From Utricularia gibba (Eukaryota; Plantae; Magnoliophyta): a stretch of 64,000 bases of DNA. The position numbers and the translations under genes are program-made. The stretch is taken from positions 2,232,001-2,296,000 of the forward strand of contig NEEC01000009.1 of assembly GCA_002189035.1 (NCBI GenBank). The letters run 5' to 3'. Positions 1-12,552 of the stretch are shown here, one piece after another (positions within the stretch are counted from its first letter, which is position 1; each line of letters opens with the position of its first letter). Under the pieces are notes generated by a model, which was given only the letters and a program-made list of their open reading frames with translations, had not been told where the DNA came from and did not search any database.

Positions 1-388
1 GCGTCTTCCTCTCGCTTCTACTGATTCTCTCTCCGTTGCAAGCTTGACTCTTGTCGGTGATCGGAGACACGGATGCGGCCACCGGGGCCTCGATGTCTAG
101 CGGTGATCGGAAACTTGTTAAAGATTGATCCTGAAAGAACCCACGTTTGTTCATGAACGCCTTACCAAAACAGAAGATAAGCAAGCTATAATAGTGTAAT
201 ATGTAGTCAATAATTTTGCTCGCGAAAGCAATAAATACGAAATTGCGTACCGATGAATTTGAGATTTCGCGATTCCCAAACTCTTCCGGCAAGAATTCCG
301 TTTCTCCAAGGCAAAGATTTCTGCTGAAATTTCCACCAGAATCGGAATCGGAGGCGTAAGTTTCTATTAGACGCTGCTTTATTGAGAA

Positions 389-1860
389 ATGGCTGGTAAG
401 GAACTCGAAAATCCGGCGCACGTCGCGGTATCCGATAACGAGAGTGACGATGACGACAATATTCCGGCGCTGAGCTCTGAAGCTATCGCTGCGCTCAAGG
501 AGTTTCTGGCGGAGCAGAATGGGGAGCTTACTGCGACGGAGGATGCAGAGGAAGTGGTATTGGTGGCGGAGGACTGGAGACTCAGCCAATTCTGGTACGA
601 CCGCCGCACCGCTGAAACTATGGCCGCGGAGGTGGTGGCTCTGTGTGAAAATCTCGATTCTCCTCAAATCGCCTGCATTGCTTGTCCTACGCTTTACGCC
701 TATCTCAAGGTAATTCGATCAACTTCTGCTATTCAGGGTTCTGATACTAGGGTTTAACAAGGTACTGTTTTCAATGCACCACGTACATCACTTTTCTTGC
801 TTGCTCCTCTTGTTTTTTTGCCCTGCTCTTCATTCTTTAGAGTAGAATCAATGTACACTGGCATGAATTGGTACCAGATTTCTAGACAATCGGTGTTTCC
901 TTAGGCCATTTCTGTGTGCAGAAAATTGCACCGGAGTTGGCTGTACAGCTTCTGGAGTATGATAATAGGTTTGAGTGCTATGGATCCGAGTTCACTTTCT
1001 ACGACTATCACGAGCCGGAGAAGCTTCCATTGTCATTGAAGGGGACGTTCCCGATTGTTGTCGCTGATCCACCTTACCTGGTACGTCTATTACCAGATAC
1101 CTTGAGGGATAGAGCTACCTATCTTATAGGAAAAAAGCTGTGATACTGTGTTGTGAAGTGATTTTGTAGGCCTTTTCTTCAAATGTACTTGTACATTATG
1201 ATTACTTGGCAGTTTTCATGGGGCATCAAATCCTTAACTGAACTGGGAAATTCCTATTTTTGGTTGTCAGTGCTTGAGGTTTGAACCTTTAATCTGATGA
1301 ATACCAACTATAAACAAGATGAATCCCTAGGATTGATCTAGATATTAGTTATTCATGCCGCCAGGGTATTTTTAAGCTTTAAATGGATTAGATGTGACAT
1401 GTGTTCCAGCTTTCAAACGCTTGAGTGCTGACACTTCAAGTGATGAGTGTGTTTTCAGAGCAAGGAGTGTTTGGAAAAAGTCGCAGAGACCATAAGATAT
1501 CTGGCTAAACCAGGGGAGTCTCACATAATTCTCCTTACAGGTAGAGTTATGCATCTTTCTGTTTCTCTGGAAAGCAAATATTTTTACATCTCTAGTCATG
1601 CACCTATCCTAACATGATCCATCCCCTCGAATGCTAAATGAAATGATCTTCTCAGAAACAGAAGTATACAACTGTTTCTGAGCATTTAGTCATATTGTTT
1701 CATATCCCTACCAGGTGAAGTGCAGAAGCATTTAGCTGCAGAACTTTTGGGCCTGCGACCCTGTGGTTTTCGGCCACAGCACTCCAGCAAACTTGGCAAT
1801 GAGTTTCGTGTTTTTACAAGCTATGATCCGGTGAATAGACTGGATGGCTGGGAAACATGA
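389..1860 (+). CDS. EEF1AKMT1: EEF1A lysine methyltransferase 1 (N6AMT2/Efm5 family); exons 389-709, 922-1080, 1459-1540, 1715-1860
   Basis: Motifs [55 protein letters not shown]; GT-AG junctions join in frame to TGA at 1858-1860. Confidence 0.92.
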
Positions 1861-2495
1861 ATCTTCATCGTATCCATGATTGGTGTTGTGATGAGAAAAT
1901 AGCCCTGATACACCAACCTACAACTTCATTCCTGTTTTTGTGCAGGATACGTTGGAGTTCTTTTTCGTCTCTGCATTCATGCATTCCTCTCTGTCTTCTA
2001 CTTTTGACTACTTGGATACCATGTTTTTTTCAATTAGAAATTTACCTAATATTGAAGAAAAGTTGGTATTATTATTGAAACATTATATGGTATAGGGTGT
2101 GCTCTTTTTCATAAATTTGTTGAAGTGATTCTATTTACATAATTTTAAAACTGATTATATTATACAATTAACTTCAAATTAAAACCCATACATGGAAGGT
2201 ATTGTTTAATTGATAGAATTAATAGAATTTAAAATAAATATAATAAATTATATTGTATAAATATAACCCATTTTCTTCATTTATATATTTTTTTGTTAAT
2301 GAGATCACAATCCCAAGTGTTGAATTTTGTATAGAACCCTATGTTGCCTCTTATGCAAGATGGCAAGTACAAGGTTCATCTTGCCATTCATGCATTGCGC
2401 TGCCAAAAATTGATCAAGCAAACGTATCTAGACAGGTTTTGTTTTTATATTAATTTTCAAAAAAAAAATGATATTATTTTGTCGCTAGTCGCGTA

Positions 2496-2551
2496 TGGGC
2501 CCTAATTTCTTCAAGGCCCATAATTTATTGGGCTGAGGAATATAAAGCCCA
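2496..2551. promoter_or_regulatory. Site II (TGGGCY) cluster upstream of eIF3a
   Basis: TGGGCC 2496, GGCCCA 2515, TGGGCT 2529, AGCCCA 2546; typical TCP-bound motifs of translation genes; 5'UTR intron 2662-2941 follows. Confidence 0.6.
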
Positions 2552-2970
2552 GAAAAGCGGGCACAAAAACCTAACTACGCAACGAAGCTTCATCTTGCGT
2601 CGGCGGTCTGGATTTCGCGGTTTCCAGGCGCGGTGTCAATTTTCGTTCGGATCACTTCGAGGTAAGACGGGACCTTTCGTTGTTTCCACTTTTTGGAAGA
2701 GTATGGACGTGTGATCGGGATCTGGTTTAATAGTATAGTTTTTCCCCTTTTTAATCTATTTCTAGGAACGGGCATTTTTTGCCGATTTCTGATTTTGTGT
2801 GGGATAGGGGATTGGTCGATGATCCGGACTCCATACCGTAGAGTTTTTTGGTAGTTGTTTTCGATTTGATGGTTTTCAGCAGGCGCTTTTCAATTCACTT
2901 GATTTTAGTTTTTCTGAGCAAGAACCTTTTTTCACTGGCAGCTGATATATACCGCGTTGGGAGTTTGAAG

Positions 2971-5900
2971 ATGGCGACTTTCGCCAGGCCTGAGAATGCT
3001 TTGAAGAGAGCTGAAGGTAATTTGGCTACGATGCTTTTTCGATGATCGTATGCTTATAATGCATTGCCACTGATATTCCATAAGTCGGATTCTTCAATTT
3101 CGAATCCCTATTTTTTTTTCTTCGATTGTATTTGATTTCCTGTATTTGCATTTCCAATGCAGAGTTAATCAATGTTGGTCAGAAGCAAGAAGCACTAGAA
3201 GCACTTCATGGCTTTATCACCTCACGGAGGTACAGGGCTTGGACAAAGACTCATGAGAGAATACTCTTCAAGTTTGTGGAACTATGTGTTGAAATGAGGA
3301 GAGGCAGACATGCCAAGGATGGTCTGATACAGTATCGCAGCATATGCCAACAAGTTAATATTGCTTCCATTGAGGAAGTGATTAAGTATTTTATGCAGTT
3401 GGCTACTGAGAAGGCCGAGCAGGCTCGTAGTGAAGCTCAGGCATTAGAAGAGGCTTTAGACATTGATGACTTGGAAGCTGACAAAAGGCCTGAAGATTTG
3501 ATGTTGAGTTATGTCAGTGGAGAGAAAGGGAGGGACAGATCTGACCGTGAGCTTGTTACACCCTGGTTTAAGTTCTTGTGGGAGACATACAGGACAGTGC
3601 TGGAAATCTTGCGCAATAACTCAAGATTGGAAGCTCTTTATGCTGTAAGAATTCCTCCTGTGCTGCTCACCGTTTACATAAGTTCCTCTGATTGTTCTGG
3701 TGTTCCTTTTTGCATTTGATTATTTTTTAAACAGTGACATTGATTTTTCCATTCACACAAACTCTCAGATGACTGCACACAGAGCCTTTCAATTCTGCAA
3801 GCAATACAAGCGAACTACTGAATTCCGGAGACTGTGCGAAATAATCCGAAATCACTTGGCAAATCTCAACAAATACAGGGACCAGCGTGATAGACCTGAT
3901 CTCAGTGCTCCAGAAAGCCTGCAACTATACCTTGACACTCGATTTGAGCAACTAAAAGTCGCTACTGAGCTTGAGCTATGGCAGGTTTGCTTTTCTCAGT
4001 TATCAAAGTATTAGTTTGTTGTGGGTGTAAAATGGTATTTTTTGATTGACTATTTTGGCTTTCTTTGTTATTTCAGGAGGCTTTTCGTTCCATTGAGGAT
4101 ATATATGGACTAATGTGCATGGTTAAAAAGACACCAAAACCTCCCTTGATGGTTGTTTACTATTCGAAGCTTTTAGAGATTTTCTGGATGTCTTCTAGCA
4201 ATCTTTATCATGCGTATGCATGGTTGAAGCTTTTTACCCTGCAAAAGAGCTTCAATAAGAACCTTAATCAGAAAGACTTGCAGTTGATAGCTTCTTGTGT
4301 TGTCTTGGCTGCATTATCTGTACCTCCTTATGATCGCCTGCATGGTGCATCACATTTAGAACTTGAAAATGAGAAAGAGAGAAGCTTGAGAGTATCAAAT
4401 CTTATTGCTTTTGATGTTGAGTCCAAGCCCGAAAATAGAGAAGTGGTAACTATTTCTACATTTTCAAGCTACCTTTTTAATGCTTATCTGTTGGCTTCTG
4501 ATCTCAACATGCTCTAATTTTGTTGTCTCAGCTTTCCAGATCCTCACTTCTCTTGGACTTGGTAAGCCTACTCTGCAATTCTTTTACTTTTTTCATTTTC
4601 ATATCTTTTCTGCCTGCTGTTCTTTAACTCATATCTTTAGTGGCGATTACTTCTTCACAGCTTTTTATCTGACCCTCGAAATTGTTTGAATTTTACGTTC
4701 ATTAATAATGTTGCTTGTTGATTCTAATGTTTTCTATGGTTTCTATTTTATAGGTGGCGAAAGGGGTGCTTAACTGTGCATCTCATGAAATCAAGGATCT
4801 TTATAACATTTTAGAGCATGAAATCCCCCGCTAGATTTGGCGCTTAAAGTGCAGCCACTATTGAACAAAATTTCAACACTTGGAGGAAAGGTTGCCTCTG
4901 CATCTTCAGTTCCAGAAATACAACTCTCACGCTATGTTCCTTCCTTGGAGAAGCTTGCCACACTTCGGCTGCTGCAGCGGGTATGGTGAACCTCCTGTTA
5001 TTCCTTACTCCCTAATGTTACTCCCACTAGGTGATATTCCTCAACATCATTATCTGCATGTTTTGTTCATATATCCAGGTCTCGCAAGTGTATCAGTCCA
5101 TGACAATTGATAAGCTATCAAAGGCCGTACCATTCTTTGATTTCTCTGTGGTTGAAAAGATATCAGTGGATGCAGTCAAGAATAATTTTTTAGCCATGAA
5201 ACTGGATTATCGCATTGGATCAATGTTTTTTGGCAAGAAGGTAATTCTTCGAGATGTGTTGCTCCTTTGTTGGTTTTCAGTATAGATTGACAGCATGTAT
5301 TCTTTCTTTAAGTTGTGTAGATTGCTCACACCTCTTCCTTTGATTTCGTATTTGATCCATAGAATCTTGAGTCAGATGGCCTGCGTGATCAGCTATCTGT
5401 GTTTGCGGAATCCCTTTGCAAAGCAAGGTTGATGATAAACCCGCCCGTAAAGGGGATCTCAAAATTACGAGATGCTCTTCCCGATTTGGTTGATTTGGTG
5501 GAGAAAGAGCACAAAAGACTGCTTGCTCGCAAGTCAATAATAGAGAAACGTAAAGAAGAGCAAGAGCGTCAGCTTTTGGAGATGGTAGGGTTTTTCGATT
5601 CTCTTTTCAAACTGCTGGTTGACAGTACATGGCAGAATAAGCTCAGAAACGTTCATGGTGGTTTTTGTCAAGGAACGAGAGGAGGAAGCAAAGAGGCTGA
5701 AGTTACAAAAGATAACAGAAGAGGCAGAAAAGAAAAGACTGGCTTCAGAATTTGAGCAAATGAAAAATCAAAGAATTCTGAGGGAAATAGAAGAGCGTGA
5801 GCTTGAGGAAGCCCAGGCGCTGCTGCAGGAAGCCGAAAAACGAGGCAAAAAGAAAGGGAAGAAGCCAGTCTTTGAGGGAGTGAGTACCTAATGTTTCCAC

Positions 5901-7165
5901 GTGTTATTGCCTTGCCTCTGTACTAAATATATTTCATCATGGAACTAATAGCTGATACTTCTGTTCAGGAAAAAATATCAAAGAAAGTTCTGATGGAGCT
6001 AGCGCTAAGTGAGCAGTTAAGAGAGAAACAGGAAATGGAGAAAAAATTACAGAAACTGGGCAAGACAATGGATTACTTTGAGAGGGCAAAAAGAGAGGAG
6101 GCTGCTCCTGTTATTGAAGCTGAATTCCAGAATCGTCTAAAAGAAGAACAGGCTCTGTACGAACTCGAGAAACAGGTAAGATGCCTGAATTATGCTCCTA
6201 TTGTTCGTTTCCTCAAGATTCTATGGTGGGCATGTATCCATATTTCCCCTCAATTAAAAAACCACGTACATTTGCAGCAAGAGACTGAAATCAGCAGACA
6301 GCGCCACACTGGGGATCTCGAGGAGAAAAAAAGGCTTGCTCGAATGTTGGAGAACAAGGTTTTGATTTTTTTATTTTTTTTAGAGAACGCTGCACTTCAA
6401 AGCTTCTTGGTTCTTCCAAATCAGCGTTCTTCCTCTGCTTACATCTGTTTTCAACAGAAATTATTTGAGCAAAAGATTACCAACCGTAGAAGAGCAGAGT
6501 ACAATCGTCTCAAGGAGGAACGTGATGAGAGAATCAACCAAATGATTCAATCGCGGCATCAAGAAAGGGAAACCCGGCGGAAAATCATATTTTATCTGAG
6601 AAATGAGGATCAGAGGCAGAAAAGGCTGCGTGAAGAAGAGGAAGCGAGGAAGCGTGAAGGTACATTTTTATTTTTCTGTCGCTACCTTCCATTAATGGTG
6701 AATGTGTGACTCGAACTTCTGTTTACAACACATGAAGAGATGGAGAGGCGAAAGAAGGAGGAGGCAGAGCGGAAGGCCAAGTTAGATGAAATCGCTGAGA
6801 AGCAGAGAGCACGTGAGAGGGAGCTGGAAGAGCGGGAGAAAAAACGAAGGGAAGAAATTCTCCGACCCAGGTTTGAGCCCCCTGCCGCCACACCCCCAGT
6901 CGTGCCACCGCCCGTCTCTCCAGCCGTTGCAGCTCAGACCGCAGCAGCAGCAGCAGCACCAGCCCTAGCACGTGCAAAGTATATACCCCCCTCAAGGAAA
7001 GCCGCCGGGGCTGCCGCCACCGCCGCCGATGGTGGTGGCACCAGGATGGATGGTGATCGACCACCACCTGCCGCCGGTGACCGTGACCGGTGGCGGCCGT
7101 CGTCTTTCAGTTCCAGCGCCGGTGCCTCCAGGTCGTCTTGGTCGTCTCACAGGGACAGAAGGTGA
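2971..7165 (+). CDS. EIF3A: Eukaryotic translation initiation factor 3 subunit A, multi-exon; apparent 1-nt frameshift at about 4825-4829
   Basis: Starts [15 protein letters not shown]; [28 protein letters not shown] region and E/K/R-rich coiled-coil C-terminus; consistent splice sites. Confidence 0.95.
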
Positions 7166-7548
7166 GCTTGTGGGGATTGCCCAAGTCATGCATTGTTTCG
7201 TTGCTTATAAATCTACATCCGGCGGAATATCTCTTCCGATGTTTTCTCCGGGGACTGTATTTGTTTTGTGGACACGTGGTGTCTCTTGTTTCGATGCTTC
7301 TTCTTGGTCACTGCTCAAACATGTACTGTTTTCCAGCTCTGCGGAGCACCGGCATCGCAAGCCATCCAAAAATTTTCACATACCGATTTTTTATGTTTCC
7401 AAAATGAAGATGAAAAAGACCTAAAAGTCAATCTTCACCTTTTCTCATCTTGAGGTTAGGTGCACTCGGCAGTTCAACAAGTTTATTATTCGGTTAGCGG
7501 TGCTCATTGCTCGTTAGTTTTCTTCCGTTCAGTGGAGCTGCGTATTCA

Positions 7549-7753
7549 TTATGGAATCAGAATTAGAGGGAGTTCACCTCGGCGGTCGCCGGCCAGCTGA
7601 ACGATCTTTCGAAGCTCCAAGGCGTGGCCTCCGCAAGGGCAGCAGCAGCACACCGCCGCGCAATCCGCCGTCGTCCGTCTGGCCACTTCCGCCACCCTGC
7701 ACAGTAATCCGCGTGGTTTTCTGCAAGGGAGATTGAGATTGAAAAGACGACAT
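7549..7753 (-). pseudogene. Degenerate fragment of the plant uncharacterised Cys-rich family with the VAEVAGGTAAECAAVCCCCPC motif
   Basis: Minus strand 7698-7630 reads RVAEVARRTTADCAAVCCCCPCG; no in-frame ATG (TAA at 7776-7774 upstream; nearest ATG at 7753 is out of frame); similarity lost after the motif. Confidence 0.65.
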
Positions 7754-7878
7754 GCACCGTCTACCCAGCCCTTTTATACATTTTATAATAGTTGATATTT
7801 TATACATTAATTATTAAAAAACAAACTGATTTTTACTTGGGAACTTGCCAAGGAACTCTCTTTGGCTCGGTGGGAGAA

Positions 7879-10109
7879 ATGGGAAACACGGAATCGTCGT
7901 CCGCCGATCCCCGCTTCGTCACCGCCGCCAGGTTTATACCATTTTTACCCCTTCTTCAGTGGAGATTCTAGAGACTTAGCTCCAGATGACGGTAAATTCT
8001 CTGCAGAGCATTTACGCAGAAGGAAATGGAGGATTTGAGGTCCCTATTTGCATCACTCGCTGCCCAGTCCCAGAGCAACGGGAAATACATATCTATAGAC
8101 GCTTTCAAGGTAAAATCAAATCCGTAGTCAACGTTTTGGTTCTTGAATCGCAGAAACAAAATGATTTTTCTGTTTTTGAAGGCATATATCGGCATTGATG
8201 GGCCGTTAGGGAACAGGCTATTTGCGTTGGTAACCCAAAAGCGCGGTGATCAGAAGCTTACGTTTGAAGACTTCGTAATCGCTAAGGTAAGAGTGCGAAA
8301 TTGGTTTTCCTGGTATCATAGAATTGCTAAAAATCACAGGCTTTGTTTTTGGGTAGTAGCAGAATAGCTTTGGTTTTTGTTTTCAACAGTGGAATACTGG
8401 AAATCGATGTCTTTGATTTCTTTTACAAACTATGTGGTACGTTTAGTGTAACTTTTAAGGTAGAATTAACGTTACCATGTTGTAGGCTCTAAGAAAGTTG
8501 AATCTCTCCCGTGCGCCTTCTCTAGGGATTTCCCAATGAAATCGACTCGCATACCCCATAAAATAGGAAGGGAAACGAAGAAGGAGAAGATTAGTGGGCG
8601 TTTGATTTCATGAGCTTCAACTGTAGAGAAATAGTGTAGCAATGGTTCAAAAATCTGTTCTGGGTTGCTACTTATCAAAATTTGTGCAGATTCTTATGTA
8701 TCTTGTAGGCCTTGTATTGGTGTACTTTTCCTTGGCTGTATGAATGACCACCTGCGCTTTGTTGTCGGTGCTTCAGGGGACTTATGAGAAGGGAACGAAG
8801 GATGAAATTGAAGAGTTCATCTACCAAGTAGCAGATATCTCTGGCGACGGGGAAGTTTCGAGGTTCAGCTTTTTTTGTCATGCAAAGACCTAACTTTTTG
8901 GTTACCAAAGTTTTTTTTTTCAACAAGTAGCAGCCATTTCTCTAAGCTTTTTGGTTTGGAATAGTCATCTTTATACTACTTGTACATCCATAGGTCTGAT
9001 TTTGAGGCCATTCTATCTTCCATGTTTGCCAATCTGTTCAACCAATCCCATCCTGAGCCTGAAAGTGGAACTCCACCGGAAATTATCGAGGCTTTCATGA
9101 ATGCTGCGAATTTCACTGATGATAGCCTGTCTGCAGCAGAATTTTGGAGATGGTGTACTCTAATCCCAGCTGTCCAAAGGTATCTCAGTAGCTTGTTGAC
9201 GCCCTCCGATTCAGGTATTGCCTCTGGTTTTAGGTCATTGTATTGGTTATGCACCATTGTTGATTGGTTCCCCTTGTAGGATCACATATTCCTCGGCTGC
9301 AGTACACTGAATGTGTTGACCCTGGTCAGGTTTTGCTGACAAAAGAATATGCTTGGCTTATCGGAGGAGCCTTGCACTCAAGTGGACTGCAAGAATGGAG
9401 GCTTCAGTACCACAGCCTCGTTCATGGCCTCAGCTTCAACACCTTTTTAGGACATATGTCGTAAGTCTTGCTTGAAGTCTTTACATGTCGTTCCGTCTGT
9501 GCGGGAAATTTAGCCAGCAATCAAACATCAAAATGCAACTGCAGAGACGATGGGCCTACAGTATTCATCATCAAAGATAGTGAAGGTTACATCTATGGAG
9601 GCTATGGTTCTCAGCCGTGGGACAGGCACTCGGATTTCTATGGGGATTTGAGGTCGTTCCTGTTTCAGCTCCGCCCTACAGCTTCCATTTTCCGACCCAC
9701 CGGAGCCAACCATAACTTGCAATGGGTACTTCTCTGGACCTCCTTACACACTTGGCATGCCACTGATCATGGCTTAGTCATCTGATGCTTTTTCTGCAAT
9801 CAGTGTGCTGTGAATTTCAGCTCAGAGAGCATTCCAAATGGAATTGGTTTTGGTGGAAGAGTGAACCATTTTGGACTGTTCCTTTCGGCGAACTTCGACA
9901 CGGGTCATACATTTCCCTGCGTTACCTTCGGTAGCCCATGCCTCTCCAAGAACAACCAAATCACCCCACAAGTCATAGAATGCTGGAGGGTGATGCAGCC
10001 GAAAGCTGATCAAAATAAATCAGAAGCCCTGAAAGGTACTGTGTTAGAAAGGTTCCAGGAAGAAAGGAAAATGCTTAATCTTGTAGGAATTGCAAATTCC
10101 AGTGAATGA
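7879..10109 (+). CDS. TLDc-domain protein with EF-hand-like N-terminus (MEAK7/OXR-type), 8 exons
   Basis: MGNTES myristoylation-like start; TLDc motifs IIKDSEGYIYGGYGSQPW, FYGDLRSFLFQL, GIGFGGRVNHFGLF; exons join in frame. Confidence 0.9.
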
Positions 10110-10239
10110 TTTTGGGGAGGTTTTGTTTTTGTTTCATACTTCAATGAACCATGCCGAATGAAACCTTTGATATAGAGGAAAATTGTCTGAAACGATTCGA
10201 AGAGAAAATAGGGCAAACCGATTTGATACAGAGTATCGG

Positions 10240-10573
10240 CGGATTGTTCCATCGCTGGTGGAATGTTAACGGCTACTTGGACTTCATTGAGTGCAACCCC
10301 AGGAAGATCCTTCATCCCGAGCGACTTGAGCAAATCGAGGGTTTCCTGCTTCACCATGATGCCATCGACTCGGGTGGCGGATTCATCGGATGAGAGAAAT
10401 CCCATGAACGGGGTCCCTGAATTCGCTTCATCGGATGTCTGGAGATCTTGTTCCGGGGAGCTTTCGAGGCGATGACGGTGGCTTCCTCAAGCATCTTCTT
10501 GTTCGTGTCGATAGCGACATTTTCGAGTGTTCCCGGAAAATTTCTTCGCCGTGTTCCTTAGCACACGTCCCAT
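10240..10573 (-). pseudogene. RPS17: 40S ribosomal protein S17 pseudogene with multiple internal deletions and frameshifts
   Basis: Minus strand from ATG 10573: MGRV..KK, HSKMSL, TNKKMLEEATVIASKAPRNKI, MKRIQ-GP, then MGFLSSDESATRVDGIMVKQETLDLLKSLGMKDLPG in three different frames; matches plant RPS17 blocks. Confidence 0.85.
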
Positions 10574-10659
10574 CGTCGCGGCGGGCAACAGAGATTTTCG
10601 TGACCAGTCCCGCTACTTTCAAACCTTCATTATGGTGTCGTTTTCGGCCCGGATTTCTG

Positions 10660-10720
10660 GCCCATTGGGCCAAAGTGGATAAATAACGCCCAATTCTAAT
10701 TCCATCCGAATTAGGGTTTC
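10660..10720. promoter_or_regulatory. Inverted site II pair and telo-box upstream of the RPS17 pseudogene
   Basis: GGCCCATTGGGCC near 10659-10671 and TTAGGGTTT (AAACCCTAA on minus) at about 10711-10719. Confidence 0.55.
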
Positions 10721-10760
10721 AGCGTTTCACCGGAGACTACGATTTCTTTGATCGGCTGTA

Positions 10761-10786
10761 TTTTTTTTTTTTTTTTTTTTTTTTTT
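10761..10786. repeat. Poly(T)26 mononucleotide run
   Basis: Read directly from the sequence. Confidence 0.9.
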
Positions 10787-11486
10787 GCGGTGGCGCAGCC
10801 CTTAAGATCGCCTTCCGGCTAATCATGGAAGCGTTTCGAGTCATAGCCGCGCTAAAATAACCCTAAAATGCGCACGCACTTTACGGTGCTTGTGCATGTT
10901 CTTTGGCCTTCTCTCTAGGGTCTTCCTTCAGAGAGTCCCATTTCTCACCTATTTTTCGCTTGGAGCTTCTCACTGGATGCCCATTTGTGGCTGCTCTTTG
11001 GTCGAAGTTGGTGAACATAAACTGGTTTCGAAAATTTTCGCTTTTTTTCGGTGTGGATGAGAAAATTAGATGTGCGAGGGATGACCGATTTTTCATCTCC
11101 ATGAGCTCAACCAACGAGGCATATCACATTCTCTGACACCTTCCTCCTTCGTTTACTTTCTGAAATCGCACCTAGTTTGCAAGCGTTGCATTAAAAATGC
11201 GACCTTTTTTCGGTTAGCTAACCCCTTTTGCGCAGGTCAAATAATCAAGCAAACTCAAAGGATAGTACTGGTTCACCAAATGCTTATGGTTGTTTAAACC
11301 ATTGCTGTTAACAAAGCCCAGCTCCAAAGAAATCCAGCGAAGAACCCCATTTTCAACTCTTCAGAAGGAACGAAATTCATAGAGGAACATTTGAATCAGC
11401 ATTCTGTAATTGCAAGTTCAGTAGGAGTGTTTAGTTCAACAAGTTATACGTATTTATTTTCGAAATTTGAGAATTTTCCATCTGTT

Positions 11487-11753
11487 TGGGCCTTAACGCC
11501 TAGGCCCAAATTTAAAATAATAAATTTCCTAAAATTAAAAAAAAAAAAAACAAACAAACAAACAAGTTCGTATGTGCACAGACATACGTATGTGGATGAT
11601 GGGCCAAAGCTCCATGGGTAGCCCGCTTCCCCTTTTATGTGGGAACTGAGCCTGTGGGCTGTCAAAAGCCCATTACGGAGACCTAAAAACTAGGCCCTTT
11701 TAAAACTTCCTTGCAACCGAAGTTCACCGTGCTCGGATTGTTTTCTAGGGTTT
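11487..11753. promoter_or_regulatory. Site II cluster plus telo-box-like motif upstream of SmG
   Basis: TGGGCC 11487, GGCCCA 11503, TGGGCC 11600, TGGGCT about 11655, AGCCCA about 11666, CTAGGGTTT about 11745. Confidence 0.6.
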
Positions 11754-11792
11754 ACGTTAGCGGAAAACCGGAATCCGAGGGACGTCGTCGCC

Positions 11793-12552
11793 ATGAGCAG
11801 ATCAGGACAGCCTCCGGATCTCAAGAAGTAAGCGTGTTCAGTTTCCTCTTTGTGCTCTAGAGATTTTTCAGGTCTTTGTTTTTTTGTTTATGATGCAATT
11901 TTGCTTCCGCTTGTTTACAGGTATATGGACAAGAAGTTGCAGAGTAAGTAATAGCCCTTTGAATTTCCTTCTCGCGTCGTGTTTTTCGTTTTTTGATCAT
12001 ATGTTCATGTGTGGAATCGATGTTGTCAGGCTACTGTAATCATTATACAGTTTATTCAACTATTTTGGTTCAAAATTGGTTGTTAAATTCGATGTTTGTG
12101 TCTGCTTACAAATTGACGATCATTAGTTAGCTAAATGTACCGTGTGTGCTTTTTCCTTTTTATGATGGACGTGAAATGTTCTGTATATGTAACTTCTCTC
12201 AGCACCCTTCGGCTGTACGTAGTTCATCAGTTGCTTGTTGGTCTAGTGTTCTTTTTCATATGATTTCCACGCTGTATCGTAGTTAAGCTGAACGCGAATC
12301 GCACGGTTGTCGGGACACTTCGTGGTTTTGATCAGTTCATGAACTTGGTGGTGGACAACACTGTTGAGGTGAATGGAAGTGAGAAAACTGATATTGGCAT
12401 GGTGGTGAGTTTTCTTCAGCATCCCGATATCGTCTTCCATCACAATTAAGTTCGTTGTTGCGTATTTTCCAACACATCTTCTACTGCAGGTTATCAGAGG
12501 AAACAGCGTAGTGACTGTCGAAGCTCTTGAACCTGTCACTAAAGCACAATGA
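11793..12552 (+). CDS. SNRPG: Small nuclear ribonucleoprotein G (SmG); exons 11793-11827, 11921-11943, 12283-12404, 12490-12552
   Basis: Spliced product [51 protein letters not shown]...VIRGNSVVTVEALEPV; absent from the ORF track because exons are short. Confidence 0.95.

Noticed and set aside
10881-11114. Minus ORF with FRNQF...KIGEKWDSL, faintly like an HMG box
   Set aside because: Only a few residues match, spacing is wrong and the PKRP-SAFF motif is absent; needs an HMM search
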